Assembly (NCBI RefSeq): GCF_988243305.1
Contig: NZ_OZ547136.1
Direction: 5' to 3' (one strand)
Length of the DNA: 64,000 nucleotides
Position 1 is the stretch's first letter. Each line of letters starts with the position of its first letter. The notes beneath the pieces were generated by a model, which was given only the letters and a program-made list of their open reading frames with translations, was not told the DNA's origin and ran no database searches. The translations under genes were made by a program, and so were the position numbers. Positions 50,373-60,316 of this stretch are shown here, piece by piece.

Positions 50373-51224
50373 TTACGCGGGAAGCGGGAAAACAGCGTTA
50401 ACCTGACCGGTGCCAGAGCTTGGGAACAGCTCGGTGATAAACTCTACCTTGCCGTCGTATTTATCCCAGCCGAGCATCCCCAGCAGCATCACCGTGTCGT
50501 GCATATTGCCTTCGCCGTAGCAGTAGTCAGCGTACTCCGGCAGCATATTGCAGAACTCTTTGAACTGGCCTTCGCGCCACAACTTCACCACGCGCTCGTC
50601 CATCTGGCGGTCGAACTCGCGGGTGTAGCTGTTCATCCCTTCTTCCGCACGCTGATCGTCAATAAAGCGGTGCGATAATGAACCGCTGGCAAGGACCGCC
50701 ACGGTGCCGTCGTACTGTTCGATCGCTTTCAGAATCGCTTCGCCCAGCTTGCGGCTGTCGGCAAAATCATGAACGGTACAGAATGCGGAGATGGAGACCA
50801 CTTTGAAGTGCTTGTCTTCATTCATGTAGCGCATTGGCACCAGCGTGCCGTATTCCAGTTTCAGGCTGGGAATGTTGTGCGCTTTTGCCCGCACGCCGAG
50901 CTTTAAGGCTTCATCGGCAATTAGCTGCCCCAACTCCGGGTTGCCCTCGTAGTTGTAGGTCATGTCACGAATAAAATGCGGCAGCTCGTTACTGGTGTAG
51001 ACGCCTTCAAAATGGTCTGCACAGTTGATGTGATAAGCACTGTTGACCAGCCAGTGAGTATCGAAAACGATAATGGTATCGACGCCCATTTCCCGGCAAC
51101 GCTTGCTGATCTCTTTATGCCCGTCGATCGCGCCCTGGCGGCAACCGTGGTTTTTCCCTGGCAGTTCAGAGAGATACATCGACGGTACGTGCGTGATCTT
51201 GGCGGCTAACGCTAACTTACCCAT
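50373..51224 (-). CDS. hpaD: Homoprotocatechuate 2,3-dioxygenase
   Basis: 283-aa ORF of the LigB-type extradiol dioxygenase family, in the hpa cluster order. Confidence 0.9.
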   Translation of the reverse strand: MGKLALAAKITHVPSMYLSELPGKNHGCRQGAIDGHKEISKRCREMGVDTIIVFDTHWLVNSAYHINCADHFEGVYTSNELPHFIRDMTYNYEGNPELGQLIADEALKLGVRAKAHNIPSLKLEYGTLVPMRYMNEDKHFKVVSISAFCTVHDFADSRKLGEAILKAIEQYDGTVAVLASGSLSHRFIDDQRAEEGMNSYTREFDRQMDERVVKLWREGQFKEFCNMLPEYADYCYGEGNMHDTVMLLGMLGWDKYDGKVEFITELFPSSGTGQVNAVFPLPA

Positions 51225-51225
51225 A

Positions 51226-52692
51226 TCAGACTCCCCATTTCGGAATTGGATGGTCGCCCATGGAAATGCAGACGTTCTTCATTTCCGCGAACACTTCGAA
51301 GCTGTACTCACCGCCTTCACGCCCGGTGCCGGAGGCTTTTACGCCGCCAAATGGCTGGCGCAGGTCACGCACGTTCTGGGTGTTGACGAACACCATGCCA
51401 GCTTCAATGCCACGCGCCAGGCGTAACACTTTGCTGACATCCTGTGTCCAGATGTACGACGCGAGGCCGTACTCCACGTCGTTTGCCAGACGTAAGCCTT
51501 CGGCTTCGTCTTTAAACGGCAGCAGGCAGGCGACCGGCCCGAAAATCTCTTCCTGGGCGACTCGCATACGGTTATCAACGTCTGCCAGCACGGTTGGGCG
51601 CAGGAAGTTGCCGCCTTTCAGGTGCGCAGGCAGGTCGGACGGTTTATCCGGACCGCCCGCCAGCAGGGTTGCGCCTTCTTCAATGCCGAGACGAATATAG
51701 CCGGAGACTTTTTCCCAGTGTTGCTGGCTGATAAGCGCCCCAACCTGGGTATTCGGATCGTTCGGATCGCCCACGCGCAGACGGTTGGCGCGTTCGGCAA
51801 AGCGTTTAACGAATTCCGGGTAGATGCTTTGCTGAATAAAGATGCGCGAACCGGCGGTGCAGCGCTCGCCGTTGATCGAGAAGATGGTGAACAGGGCAGC
51901 GTCCAGCGCGCGTTCAATATCGGCATCTTCAAAAATCAGCACCGGCGATTTACCGCCCAGTTCCATGGAGTATTTTTTCAGCCCGGCGTTTTTCATGATG
52001 TTGCGCCCGGTGGCCGTACCGCCGGTGAACGACACGGCACGTACGTCATGATGACGAACCAGCGCATCGCCTGCGGTTGCGCCGTAGCCCTGTACCACGT
52101 TCAGCACGCCCGCCGGAATACCGGCTTCCAGCGCCAGCTCACCCAGGCGGTCAGCGGTCAGCGGGGAGAGTTCCGACATTTTCAACACCGCGGTATTGCC
52201 CAGCGCCAGACACGGCGCGACCTTCCATGTGGCGGTCATAAACGGCACGTTCCACGGCGATACCAGCGCACAAACGCCTACCGGTTGCACCAGCGTGTAG
52301 TTGAGCATCTTGTCGTCAACCGGATAGGTCTTGCCGTTCATCTGCTGGCAGACTTCCGCGAAAAATTCAAAGTTGTGAGAAGCGCGTGGGATCAATACAT
52401 TTTTGGTCTGATGGATCGGCAGGCCCGTGTCCGCGGTTTCCATCGCGGCGATCTCAGGCACGTTCTGGTCGATCAGATCGCCCAGACGGCGCATCAGGCG
52501 CGCACGCTCTTTCATCGGCAGATTGGCCCATTTCGGGAACGCCTCTTTCGCTGCCGCTACCGCCTGATTGATCTCCGCTTCACCGCCGGAGGCCACATCT
52601 GCCAGCACTTCACCCGTTGCCGGATTGGTGGTCTGGAAGTAGTCGTTACCTGCAACATTTTTGCCGTTGATCCAATGATTTACTTTTTTCAT
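51226..52692 (-). CDS. hpaE: 5-carboxymethyl-2-hydroxymuconate semialdehyde dehydrogenase
   Basis: 488-aa aldehyde dehydrogenase with the motifs ELGGKSP and the catalytic Cys region FSINGERCTAGSR. It overlaps the hpaG stop by 4 nt. Confidence 0.92.
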   Translation of the reverse strand: MKKVNHWINGKNVAGNDYFQTTNPATGEVLADVASGGEAEINQAVAAAKEAFPKWANLPMKERARLMRRLGDLIDQNVPEIAAMETADTGLPIHQTKNVLIPRASHNFEFFAEVCQQMNGKTYPVDDKMLNYTLVQPVGVCALVSPWNVPFMTATWKVAPCLALGNTAVLKMSELSPLTADRLGELALEAGIPAGVLNVVQGYGATAGDALVRHHDVRAVSFTGGTATGRNIMKNAGLKKYSMELGGKSPVLIFEDADIERALDAALFTIFSINGERCTAGSRIFIQQSIYPEFVKRFAERANRLRVGDPNDPNTQVGALISQQHWEKVSGYIRLGIEEGATLLAGGPDKPSDLPAHLKGGNFLRPTVLADVDNRMRVAQEEIFGPVACLLPFKDEAEGLRLANDVEYGLASYIWTQDVSKVLRLARGIEAGMVFVNTQNVRDLRQPFGGVKASGTGREGGEYSFEVFAEMKNVCISMGDHPIPKWGV

Positions 52693-53978
52693 TTCGCTGT
52701 TTCCTCACTCACAATTCGGTTCACCAGGCGGCCCACGCCTTCTACTTCCACCACTACTTCATCGCCAGGCACCACGTCAGATAAGCCTTTTGGTGTGCCG
52801 GTGGCGATCATGTCGCCCGGATTCAGGGTCATAAATTCGCTTAAGTAGGCGATCAGGAAGGGCACGCTGAAGATCAGATCGGCGGTGGTGCCTTGCTGGC
52901 GTAACTCGCCGTTGACGAAGGTGCGAAGGGTCAGATTATGCGGGGCCGGGATCGCCTCTTTCGGCACGATGGTTGAAAGCATCGGCGTCAGTCCGTCGCG
53001 GCTTTTTACCCGCAGGTTAGGGCGGTAGTAGTTTTCCAGATAGTCGCGAATGGCGTAGTCGTTACACACGGTGTAGCCCGCGACATAATCCATGGCATCG
53101 GCTTCGCTGACGTTACGCGCCTGCTTGCCAATAACTACCACCAGCTCCGCTTCGTAGTGCATGTATTCAATATTGTTCGGGCGCACGGAGGTCTGGTTAT
53201 CGCCAGTGAGGGTATTCGGCGCTTTCAGGAACACCAGCGGTTCTTCCGGTGGCTTAAATTCCAGTTCGCTGGCGTGGTCGGCGTAGTTCAGGCCGAGGGC
53301 AAACAGCGTGCCGTGCGGGTGTGGCTGCGTTGGGAAGCTCTTGCGCGTGGTCACTTCACGTTCGTCCACTACCGGATTTTCCAGTGGCGGGAAACCTTCT
53401 GCGAGAACACGCACGCGATCGCCTGGCTGTATTTCCACGCGCGCCTGTGGCGTGCCGAGCAGAATGGCATCGCCTGGATTCAGCGTGGCAAATTCGCTCA
53501 GGGCGCTCAGCAACTGTGCGGCGTTACGTTGTAAATCGGCGGTATTCCAGTGATCGGCAGGACGCCCGTTGATCTCGGTATAGATAGTCAGATTATCGAC
53601 ATTGCTGAGAGCCACGGTTTCGCCAATGGGGCAGAATCCATCACGACATTTTGCTTTGATTGCCGGGCGGTAAAAGCTCTCTTCCGGCAGGCTGACGTCG
53701 TTAGCCAGCGCATATCCGGCGATGTACTCTGCCGCATCTTCTTCACGTACTTTCGTCGCCGTTTTCCCCACCATCAACGCAACAGTCGCACCGCTCAGTA
53801 CCTTTTCACCCTGTGGAAAGGGAATCCGTTCACCGCAACCAATCACCGTATTGCGCGGTTTAATAAACCAGACCGCAGTTTTAGGCGGGGTTTTGTAGGG
53901 GGATTGCTGGAACGCTTCCTGCCATGCATCAAGCTGGCTGCGATGGTTCAACGCTACGGCGAAGATAGTGCCTTTCAT
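52689..53978 (-). CDS. hpaG: Bifunctional 5-oxopent-3-ene-1,2,5-tricarboxylate decarboxylase / 2-hydroxyhepta-2,4-diene-1,7-dioate isomerase
   Basis: 429 aa from MKGTIFAVALN, comprising two tandem FAH-fold domains. It is the first gene of the meta-cleavage operon. Confidence 0.9.
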   Translation of the reverse strand: MKGTIFAVALNHRSQLDAWQEAFQQSPYKTPPKTAVWFIKPRNTVIGCGERIPFPQGEKVLSGATVALMVGKTATKVREEDAAEYIAGYALANDVSLPEESFYRPAIKAKCRDGFCPIGETVALSNVDNLTIYTEINGRPADHWNTADLQRNAAQLLSALSEFATLNPGDAILLGTPQARVEIQPGDRVRVLAEGFPPLENPVVDEREVTTRKSFPTQPHPHGTLFALGLNYADHASELEFKPPEEPLVFLKAPNTLTGDNQTSVRPNNIEYMHYEAELVVVIGKQARNVSEADAMDYVAGYTVCNDYAIRDYLENYYRPNLRVKSRDGLTPMLSTIVPKEAIPAPHNLTLRTFVNGELRQQGTTADLIFSVPFLIAYLSEFMTLNPGDMIATGTPKGLSDVVPGDEVVVEVEGVGRLVNRIVSEETAK

Positions 53979-54003
53979 TACCACTCCTCGGATTCGATCA
54001 TCT

Positions 54004-54027
54004 TAATCATTAATATGTTAATGATTA
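54004..54027. promoter_or_regulatory. Perfect 10-bp inverted repeat in the hpaG-hpaR divergent region (candidate HpaR operator)
   Basis: The arms are taatcattaa (54004-54013) and ttaatgatta (54018-54027), separated by tatg, about 26 nt upstream of the hpaG ATG. The MarR-type HpaR is known to bind palindromic operators at the Pg promoter. Confidence 0.5.
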
Positions 54028-54249
54028 CTTTTATTCCCGATTGCGTAGTTTGGCAAAAGTAAGTGATGTAAATGTGATCTAATTAACAAACTATTTACAT
54101 TTGCAGGTAATAAAATACTAAATATCAGTAAGTTAATAAAGTATGCTCAATTTTGATAAAATGAGGAATTGCGGGGATAGCTCAGTCCCGGTAACGTGAT
54201 GATTAACTGTTTCTATATTAATGATTTTGAATTTTTCAGGGGAAAGATA

Positions 54250-54696
54250 ATGCACGACTCACTAACCATTGCGTTGCTCCAGGCGCGAGAAGCGGCGATG
54301 AGTTATTTTCGCCCAATCGTTAAACGGCATAATTTGACTGAGCAACAGTGGCGCATCGTGCGTATTCTGGCGGAAAGCCCATCAATGGATTTTCACGATC
54401 TGGCGTATCGCGCCTGCATTTTGCGCCCAAGCCTGACCGGGATCCTCACGCGGATGGAACGCGACGGTTTAGTGTTGCGATTAAAGCCGATCAATGATCA
54501 GCGGAAGCTCTATATCTCGCTGACCAAAGAGGGGCAGGCGCTGTATAACCGCGCTCAGACACAGATTGAAGAGGCCTATCGGCAGATTGAAGCTCAGTTT
54601 ACTGCCGAGAAAATGCAACAGTTAACCCATCTGTTAGAGGAATTTATTGCTCTGGGTAATTCCCGACAAGAAGACATCCCGGGCGATAATGAATAA
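54250..54696 (+). CDS. hpaR: MarR-family repressor of the hpa meta operon
   Basis: 148 aa from MHDSLTIALLQAREAAMSYF, with a gggga Shine-Dalgarno. It has a MarR winged helix (LTEQQWRIVRILAESPSMDFHDLAYRACILRPSLTGILTRMERDGLV). Confidence 0.88.
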   Translation: MHDSLTIALLQAREAAMSYFRPIVKRHNLTEQQWRIVRILAESPSMDFHDLAYRACILRPSLTGILTRMERDGLVLRLKPINDQRKLYISLTKEGQALYNRAQTQIEEAYRQIEAQFTAEKMQQLTHLLEEFIALGNSRQEDIPGDNE

Positions 54697-54814
54697 CTTT
54701 TTAATATCTGATAACCAGCGCCTGGTTTTTCCATGGATGGCGGGTTACACCTTTTCATAAAGTTTTTCCTTTCCAGGCCGAAAATCTTGCATCGGTCCAC
54801 AGGAAAGAGAAACC

Positions 54815-56479
54815 ATGTTAAAACGTATCAAAATTGTGACCAGCTTACTGCTGGTTTTGGCCGTTTTTGGCCTTTTACAACTGACATCAGGCGGTCTGTT
54901 CTTTAATGCCTTAAAGAATGACAAAGAAAATTTCACTGTTTTACAAACCATTCGCCAGCAGCAATCCACGCTGAATGGCAGCTGGGTCGCGTTGTTGCAG
55001 ACGCGTAACACCCTCAACCGCGCGGGTATCCGCTACATGATGGATCAGAATAATATTGGTAGCGGTTCAACCGTTGCTGAGCTGATGCAGAGTGCCAGTA
55101 TTTCGCTGAAACAGGCGGAAAAAAACTGGGCGGATTACGAAGCGTTGCCGCGTGACCCGCATCAGAGCACCGCCGCAGCGGCAGAGATCAAACGTAATTA
55201 CGATATTTATCACAATGCGCTGGCGGAGCTGATCCAACTGTTAGGTGCAGGCAAAATCAACGAGTTCTTTGATCAGCCAACCCAGGGATATCAGGACGGT
55301 TTCGAGAAGCAGTATGTGGCTTACATGGAGCAAAACGATCGGCTCTATGATATCGCCGTCAGCGATAATAATGCCTCCTACAGCCAGGCGATGTGGATCC
55401 TGGTGGGCGTGATGATCGTCGTACTGGCAGTCATCTTCGCCGTCTGGTTCGGTATTAAAGCCTCGTTGGTAGCGCCAATGAATCGCCTGATTGACAGCAT
55501 TCGTCATATTGCAGGCGGCGATCTGGTGAAACCGATTGAGGTGGATGGCTCTAATGAGATGGGGCAACTGGCAGAGAGTTTGCGCCATATGCAGGGAGAG
55601 CTGATGCGAACCGTCGGTGATGTGCGCAACGGGGCCAATGCCATCTATAGCGGTGCCAGCGAAATCGCCACCGGCAATAACGATCTCTCTTCGCGCACCG
55701 AGCAACAGGCCGCTTCGCTGGAAGAGACGGCAGCCAGCATGGAGCAACTGACCGCAACGGTGAAACAGAACGCCGAGAATGCGCGTCAGGCCAGCCATCT
55801 GGCGTTAAGTGCTTCTGAAACGGCGCAACGCGGCGGCAAAGTGGTGGATAACGTAGTACAGACCATGCGCGATATCTCCACCAGTTCGCAGAAAATCGCC
55901 GATATTATCAGCGTAATTGACGGCATTGCCTTCCAGACCAATATTCTGGCTTTGAACGCGGCGGTTGAGGCTGCGCGTGCGGGTGAGCAAGGGCGCGGTT
56001 TTGCGGTGGTCGCGGGAGAAGTGCGTAATCTGGCCCAGCGCAGCGCCCAGGCGGCTCGTGAAATTAAAAGCCTGATTGAAGACTCGGTGGGGAAAGTGGA
56101 TGTTGGCTCTACGCTGGTCGAAAGCGCCGGGGAAACAATGGCGGAGATTGTCAGTGCCGTGACCCGCGTGACGGACATTATGGGCGAAATTGCTTCTGCT
56201 TCTGATGAGCAGAGCCGTGGTATCGATCAGGTTGGATTAGCGGTTGCTGAGATGGACCGGGTAACTCAACAGAACGCCGCGCTGGTGGAAGAATCTGCCG
56301 CCGCCGCTGCCGCGCTGGAAGAGCAGGCCAGTCGCCTGACCGAAGCTGTGGCAGTGTTCCGGATTCAGCAACAGCAGCAACAGCAGCGTGAAACATCGGC
56401 TGTAGTAAAAACCGTGACGCCAGCTACGCCGCGTAAAATGGCCGTGGCAGATAGCGGCGAGAACTGGGAAACGTTTTAA
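54815..56479 (+). CDS. tsr: Serine chemoreceptor Tsr (MCP-I)
   Basis: 554-aa ORF with two TM segments, a HAMP domain, the highly conserved MCP signalling hairpin ([25 protein letters not shown]...[36 protein letters not shown]) and the C-terminal NWETF pentapeptide. Confidence 0.93.
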   Translation: MLKRIKIVTSLLLVLAVFGLLQLTSGGLFFNALKNDKENFTVLQTIRQQQSTLNGSWVALLQTRNTLNRAGIRYMMDQNNIGSGSTVAELMQSASISLKQAEKNWADYEALPRDPHQSTAAAAEIKRNYDIYHNALAELIQLLGAGKINEFFDQPTQGYQDGFEKQYVAYMEQNDRLYDIAVSDNNASYSQAMWILVGVMIVVLAVIFAVWFGIKASLVAPMNRLIDSIRHIAGGDLVKPIEVDGSNEMGQLAESLRHMQGELMRTVGDVRNGANAIYSGASEIATGNNDLSSRTEQQAASLEETAASMEQLTATVKQNAENARQASHLALSASETAQRGGKVVDNVVQTMRDISTSSQKIADIISVIDGIAFQTNILALNAAVEAARAGEQGRGFAVVAGEVRNLAQRSAQAAREIKSLIEDSVGKVDVGSTLVESAGETMAEIVSAVTRVTDIMGEIASASDEQSRGIDQVGLAVAEMDRVTQQNAALVEESAAAAAALEEQASRLTEAVAVFRIQQQQQQQRETSAVVKTVTPATPRKMAVADSGENWETF

Positions 56480-56490
56480 TCGCCATAAAA

Positions 56491-56520
56491 ATGCCCGATA
56501 AGCAAAATGTTATCGGGCAT
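56491..56520. terminator. Bidirectional terminator hairpin between tsr and lgoT
   Basis: The arm atgcccgataa (56491-56501) pairs with ttatcgggcat (56510-56520). The flanks are A/T-rich. Confidence 0.7.
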
Positions 56521-56527
56521 AGGGAGT

Positions 56528-57889
56528 TTAATCTTTACGCGGGTCGTTGATCGGCTGACGAACCAGGAAGATGTACGCCAGTGCCCCCGCTGCGGTGACG
56601 CAACCGCAGATGATTAGTGCCAGACGGAATGAGTGGGTGGTATCAACAATAAAACCAGTAATGATCGGCGCGAAAGAGGCGCAGATGAAGCTGGCAAAGT
56701 TCTGGATACTGCCCACCGACGCCGTCATGCGAGAAGCAACTGCGACGTGGATCAAGCCCCAGCAGGATGTTCCGGCAAAGTGAATACAAAACAGTGCCAT
56801 GCCAATCAGCAGAACCGCTGTCATGGATGTTGTCGCTTGCGGTACGACCAGCGTAAAGGCGGCAGAACAGAACATCCCGGCAATAATGCAGATCTTACGG
56901 CTTTTAATCGGAGCCATTCCCCCTTTGACCAGCCAGTCGGTAACGTAACCGTTGACCAGCATCCCGGCAGCCCCAAACAGGAAAGGGATAGCCGCCATCA
57001 ATCCTGTGCTTTTTAAATCCAGGTTATAGGCTGTTTGCAGGTAACCAGGAAGCCAGGCCAGATACAGCCACGCAGTGTAGTTGATGCCACTGAATCCGAG
57101 CATCATTCCCCACATTGTGCGGTTACGGAACAGGCTGCGCCATTCGGCAAAACTGAGCGGATCTCGGCGGGCATTGACGCTACCTGCATTGAGATAAGCT
57201 TGTTCAACGGCAGTCAGTTCTACGTGCTCGCGGTTGCGATAGAGCATATACCAGCCGATGGCGAGAAAAATCCCCAGTACACCAATGGTAATAAACATCC
57301 CGCGCCAGCCCATCACCAGCATCATCGCCGCCAGAATCGGTGGGCTTACGGCAACGCCAATGGTAGAAGCTGCGTTGAAGAAGCCCATCGGGCGTCCGCG
57401 CTCTTTGATGTTGAACCAGTCGTTAATGACTTTTACACCGCATGGGTTCATCGGCGCTTCACCAATCCCCATACCGATACGCACCAACACGAACTGCGTA
57501 AAGCTGTGCACCATGCCAGACATGGCCTGGAACAGTGACCAGAAGAACATCCCCAGTCCCAGCATCAGGCGTGGGCCTTTACGATCCAATAGTGGGCCGC
57601 AAGGAAGTTGCGCAATCCCGTAAGCGAGTGAAAACACGGAGAGCAAAGCGCCGATTTCGGTGGCACTTAATCCCAATTCTTCACGAATCGTTAAATTTGC
57701 TACCGACAGCGAACTGCGGTCGAGATAATTGATTACCGCCGCAAAAAATAATAACAACATGGCGGTGGTTTGAATGCGTTTAATTCGGGTACTGCGTTGA
57801 ACTAATCCATCTGGTGGCACGGGAATATCTGCCGACGAAGATGGAGTAAATGAAGAACGCGGATCGAGGGTGATATTTTCTTTTTCCAC
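56528..57889 (-). CDS. lgoT: MFS L-galactonate transporter (YjjL)
   Basis: 453-aa MFS ORF. Length and position are as in K-12. Confidence 0.88.
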   Translation of the reverse strand: MEKENITLDPRSSFTPSSSADIPVPPDGLVQRSTRIKRIQTTAMLLLFFAAVINYLDRSSLSVANLTIREELGLSATEIGALLSVFSLAYGIAQLPCGPLLDRKGPRLMLGLGMFFWSLFQAMSGMVHSFTQFVLVRIGMGIGEAPMNPCGVKVINDWFNIKERGRPMGFFNAASTIGVAVSPPILAAMMLVMGWRGMFITIGVLGIFLAIGWYMLYRNREHVELTAVEQAYLNAGSVNARRDPLSFAEWRSLFRNRTMWGMMLGFSGINYTAWLYLAWLPGYLQTAYNLDLKSTGLMAAIPFLFGAAGMLVNGYVTDWLVKGGMAPIKSRKICIIAGMFCSAAFTLVVPQATTSMTAVLLIGMALFCIHFAGTSCWGLIHVAVASRMTASVGSIQNFASFICASFAPIITGFIVDTTHSFRLALIICGCVTAAGALAYIFLVRQPINDPRKD

Positions 57890-58103
57890 GCCGGACTCCT
57901 GTATTTATAATTTTAATTGTTTACGTAATTGTGCATTACGCAAGGTTGACATTAACGGCAGGTTAAAGTTTTAGGACTTTACTACCGCTCACAAAAACAT
58001 TTTTAGTCGACTGATTGTGAGCATAGGTAAGCGGGAATTTCCCGGTATTTATCTTTTGATAAAACCGTGCACCCGCTAATAGTTTGCTGTTTTTAATCCG
58101 TAC

Positions 58104-59018
58104 TTAATGAGCATAACGCGTGTTCTCATTAATGGATCGAATCATTGATTGTTTAGCTGAATTCAAATGGTTACGGAGCGCAAGGGTGGCATCAAGGTCA
58201 CTGCGGCAAATCAGAGCGCTGAGAATGGTCATATGCTCATCGACGGCAATGATATTGCGCTGTTTAAGATCGCTTTCGTCCCATTGATAGTGAAAATGAA
58301 AGATGACTGAGATGATCTCAAGCGATTGATCAAAAAAGATATTGTCGGCAGCTGAAAGCAGTAAGGAGTGAAAATCTCTGTCAAGTTGCGAGAACATGCG
58401 AAAGCTATTGCCGATGTTGTCACGCAGTAGCCGATGACGTTCGAGCATGGTTTTCGCCTGCAGCCAGCGGGGATCATGATCAGGCAGGTTGAGAAAGTGC
58501 TGAAGTGAATGAGTTTCGAGCATTTCGCGTAGCTCAAACAGCTGCTCAGCGTAGGATTGATCGAATTGCTTCATGCTCCACTGGCCGCGCTTTTCGCTTT
58601 GAATAAGATTATAACGGCCGAATTTTAAAAGATATTCTCTTACTACAACCGGGCTGACACCCGCGGCCCGAGCCAGTTGCAGTTCAGAAAAAGTTTCCCC
58701 AGGGCGTAACTGACGCTGGTTTATCATCGTGAAAAAAGCCTGCTCAAACACTTTGTTTTGTTCACTCATTGAAGCGGTAGTACAGGCGAAACCGTCATCA
58801 TGGTCAGGTTTACGCGCAATAACATAGTCGTTTCCAACCTGCGTTAAGACGCCGCATTCGCGTAAGTGGCTGAGAATATGACGCACTGTAGTGCGGCTGA
58901 TGTTGTACATTTCCGCCAACGCACTTTGCGATGGAAGTGGGGAAGGGATATGACCCCGCGCCATATCATCAATGACCTGGTTAATCACATTGTGGCGTAA
59001 ATTTTGTGAACGACTCAT
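58104..59018 (-). CDS. lgoR: GntR-type regulator of L-galactonate catabolism (YjjM)
   Basis: 304-aa ORF with two GntR-like HTH segments (LPSQSALAEMYNISRTTVRHILSHL and FSELQLARAAGVSPVVVREYLLKF). It is divergent from lgoD. Confidence 0.88.
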   Translation of the reverse strand: MSRSQNLRHNVINQVIDDMARGHIPSPLPSQSALAEMYNISRTTVRHILSHLRECGVLTQVGNDYVIARKPDHDDGFACTTASMSEQNKVFEQAFFTMINQRQLRPGETFSELQLARAAGVSPVVVREYLLKFGRYNLIQSEKRGQWSMKQFDQSYAEQLFELREMLETHSLQHFLNLPDHDPRWLQAKTMLERHRLLRDNIGNSFRMFSQLDRDFHSLLLSAADNIFFDQSLEIISVIFHFHYQWDESDLKQRNIIAVDEHMTILSALICRSDLDATLALRNHLNSAKQSMIRSINENTRYAH

Positions 59019-59156
59019 ATTTTCCTCCTTGTGAGTCCATTAAAACCCGATTTAAAACATTTTTATGCGTGTGTTTTCACAAAACAGATTTTCCGTTCCG
59101 CTGCCATTTTTCATTTTCATTGATATCTAAGGCAACAAAAAATGGAGAGCCGAATC

Positions 59157-60179
59157 ATGTCTACGATGAATGTTTTAATTTGCCAGCAGCCGAAAGAATT
59201 AGTCTGGAAACAACGCGAGATACCTATTCCGGGTGACAATGAAGCATTAATAAAAATTAAGTCTGTCGGGATTTGCGGTACCGATATTCATGCCTGGGGT
59301 GGAAATCAACCATTTTTTAGTTATCCACGGGTTTTAGGCCATGAAATATGTGGGGAGATTGTTGGGCTGGGTAAAAATATTGCAAATCTTAAAAATGGAC
59401 AGCAAGTAGCGGTGATCCCTTATGTTGCCTGTCAGCAATGCCCGGCGTGTAAAAGCGGGCGTACCAATTGCTGTGAAAAAATTTCAGTCATTGGCGTGCA
59501 TCAGGATGGCGGTTTTAGTGAGTATTTGAGCGTGCCGGTGGCGAACATTTTGCCCGCAGACGGTATTGACCCGCAGGCGGCAGCATTGATTGAACCTTTC
59601 GCTATTAGCGCTCATGCGGTGCGTCGCGCAGCCATGGCTCCCGGCGAGCAGGTGCTGGTGGTCGGGGCGGGGCCAATCGGTCTGGGCGCGGCGGCAATCG
59701 CTAAAGCCGATGGCGCACAGGTAGTGGTGGCGGATACCAGTCCGGCGCGCCGTGAACATGTGGCAACGCGTCTGGAGTTGCCCGTGCTGGACCCGTCAGC
59801 CGAAGATTTTGACGCGCAGCTGCGGGCGCAGTTTGGTGGTTCGCTGGCGCAGAAAGTGATCGACGCGACAGGTAATCAACATGCGATGAATAACACCGTG
59901 AATCTGATTCGTCACGGCGGCACGGTGGTATTTGTCGGTCTGTTTAAAGGTGAGTTGCAGTTCTCCGATCCAGAATTCCATAAAAAAGAAACGACGATGA
60001 TGGGTAGCCGCAACGCCACGCCGGAAGATTTCGCTAAAGTCGGTCGACTGATGGCGGAAGGGAAAATCACTGCCGACATGATGTTAACCCATCGCTACCC
60101 GTTCGCCACGCTGGCAGAAACCTACGAGCGTGATGTGATTAACAATCGTGAGTTGATTAAGGGTGTAATTACTTTCTGA
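59157..60179 (+). CDS. lgoD: L-galactonate-5-dehydrogenase (Zn-dependent MDR family, YjjN)
   Basis: 340 aa from MSTMNVLICQQPKEL. It has the Zn-ADH motifs GICGTDIH and GHE, and a Rossmann motif VVGAGPIGL. Confidence 0.9.
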   Translation: MSTMNVLICQQPKELVWKQREIPIPGDNEALIKIKSVGICGTDIHAWGGNQPFFSYPRVLGHEICGEIVGLGKNIANLKNGQQVAVIPYVACQQCPACKSGRTNCCEKISVIGVHQDGGFSEYLSVPVANILPADGIDPQAAALIEPFAISAHAVRRAAMAPGEQVLVVGAGPIGLGAAAIAKADGAQVVVADTSPARREHVATRLELPVLDPSAEDFDAQLRAQFGGSLAQKVIDATGNQHAMNNTVNLIRHGGTVVFVGLFKGELQFSDPEFHKKETTMMGSRNATPEDFAKVGRLMAEGKITADMMLTHRYPFATLAETYERDVINNRELIKGVITF

Positions 60180-60316
60180 TAAGGCGAGATTATTAAAGTT
60201 GCCATGCAGCGTCCGGGGAAGTGTTGGGCGCTGTTTTTTTTGTTTCTTAATAGTGTGTTGTAAGCCGGAGAAGGCGTGTAGGTCGCACCTTATGCGACCT
60301 ACACATCAGTCAGGAA

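Noticed and set aside
51622-52848. 408-aa ORF on the + strand, antisense to hpaE/hpaG
   Set aside because: It is a shadow ORF opposite the aldehyde dehydrogenase gene. The composition is Arg/Gly/His-rich and no domain signature is visible.
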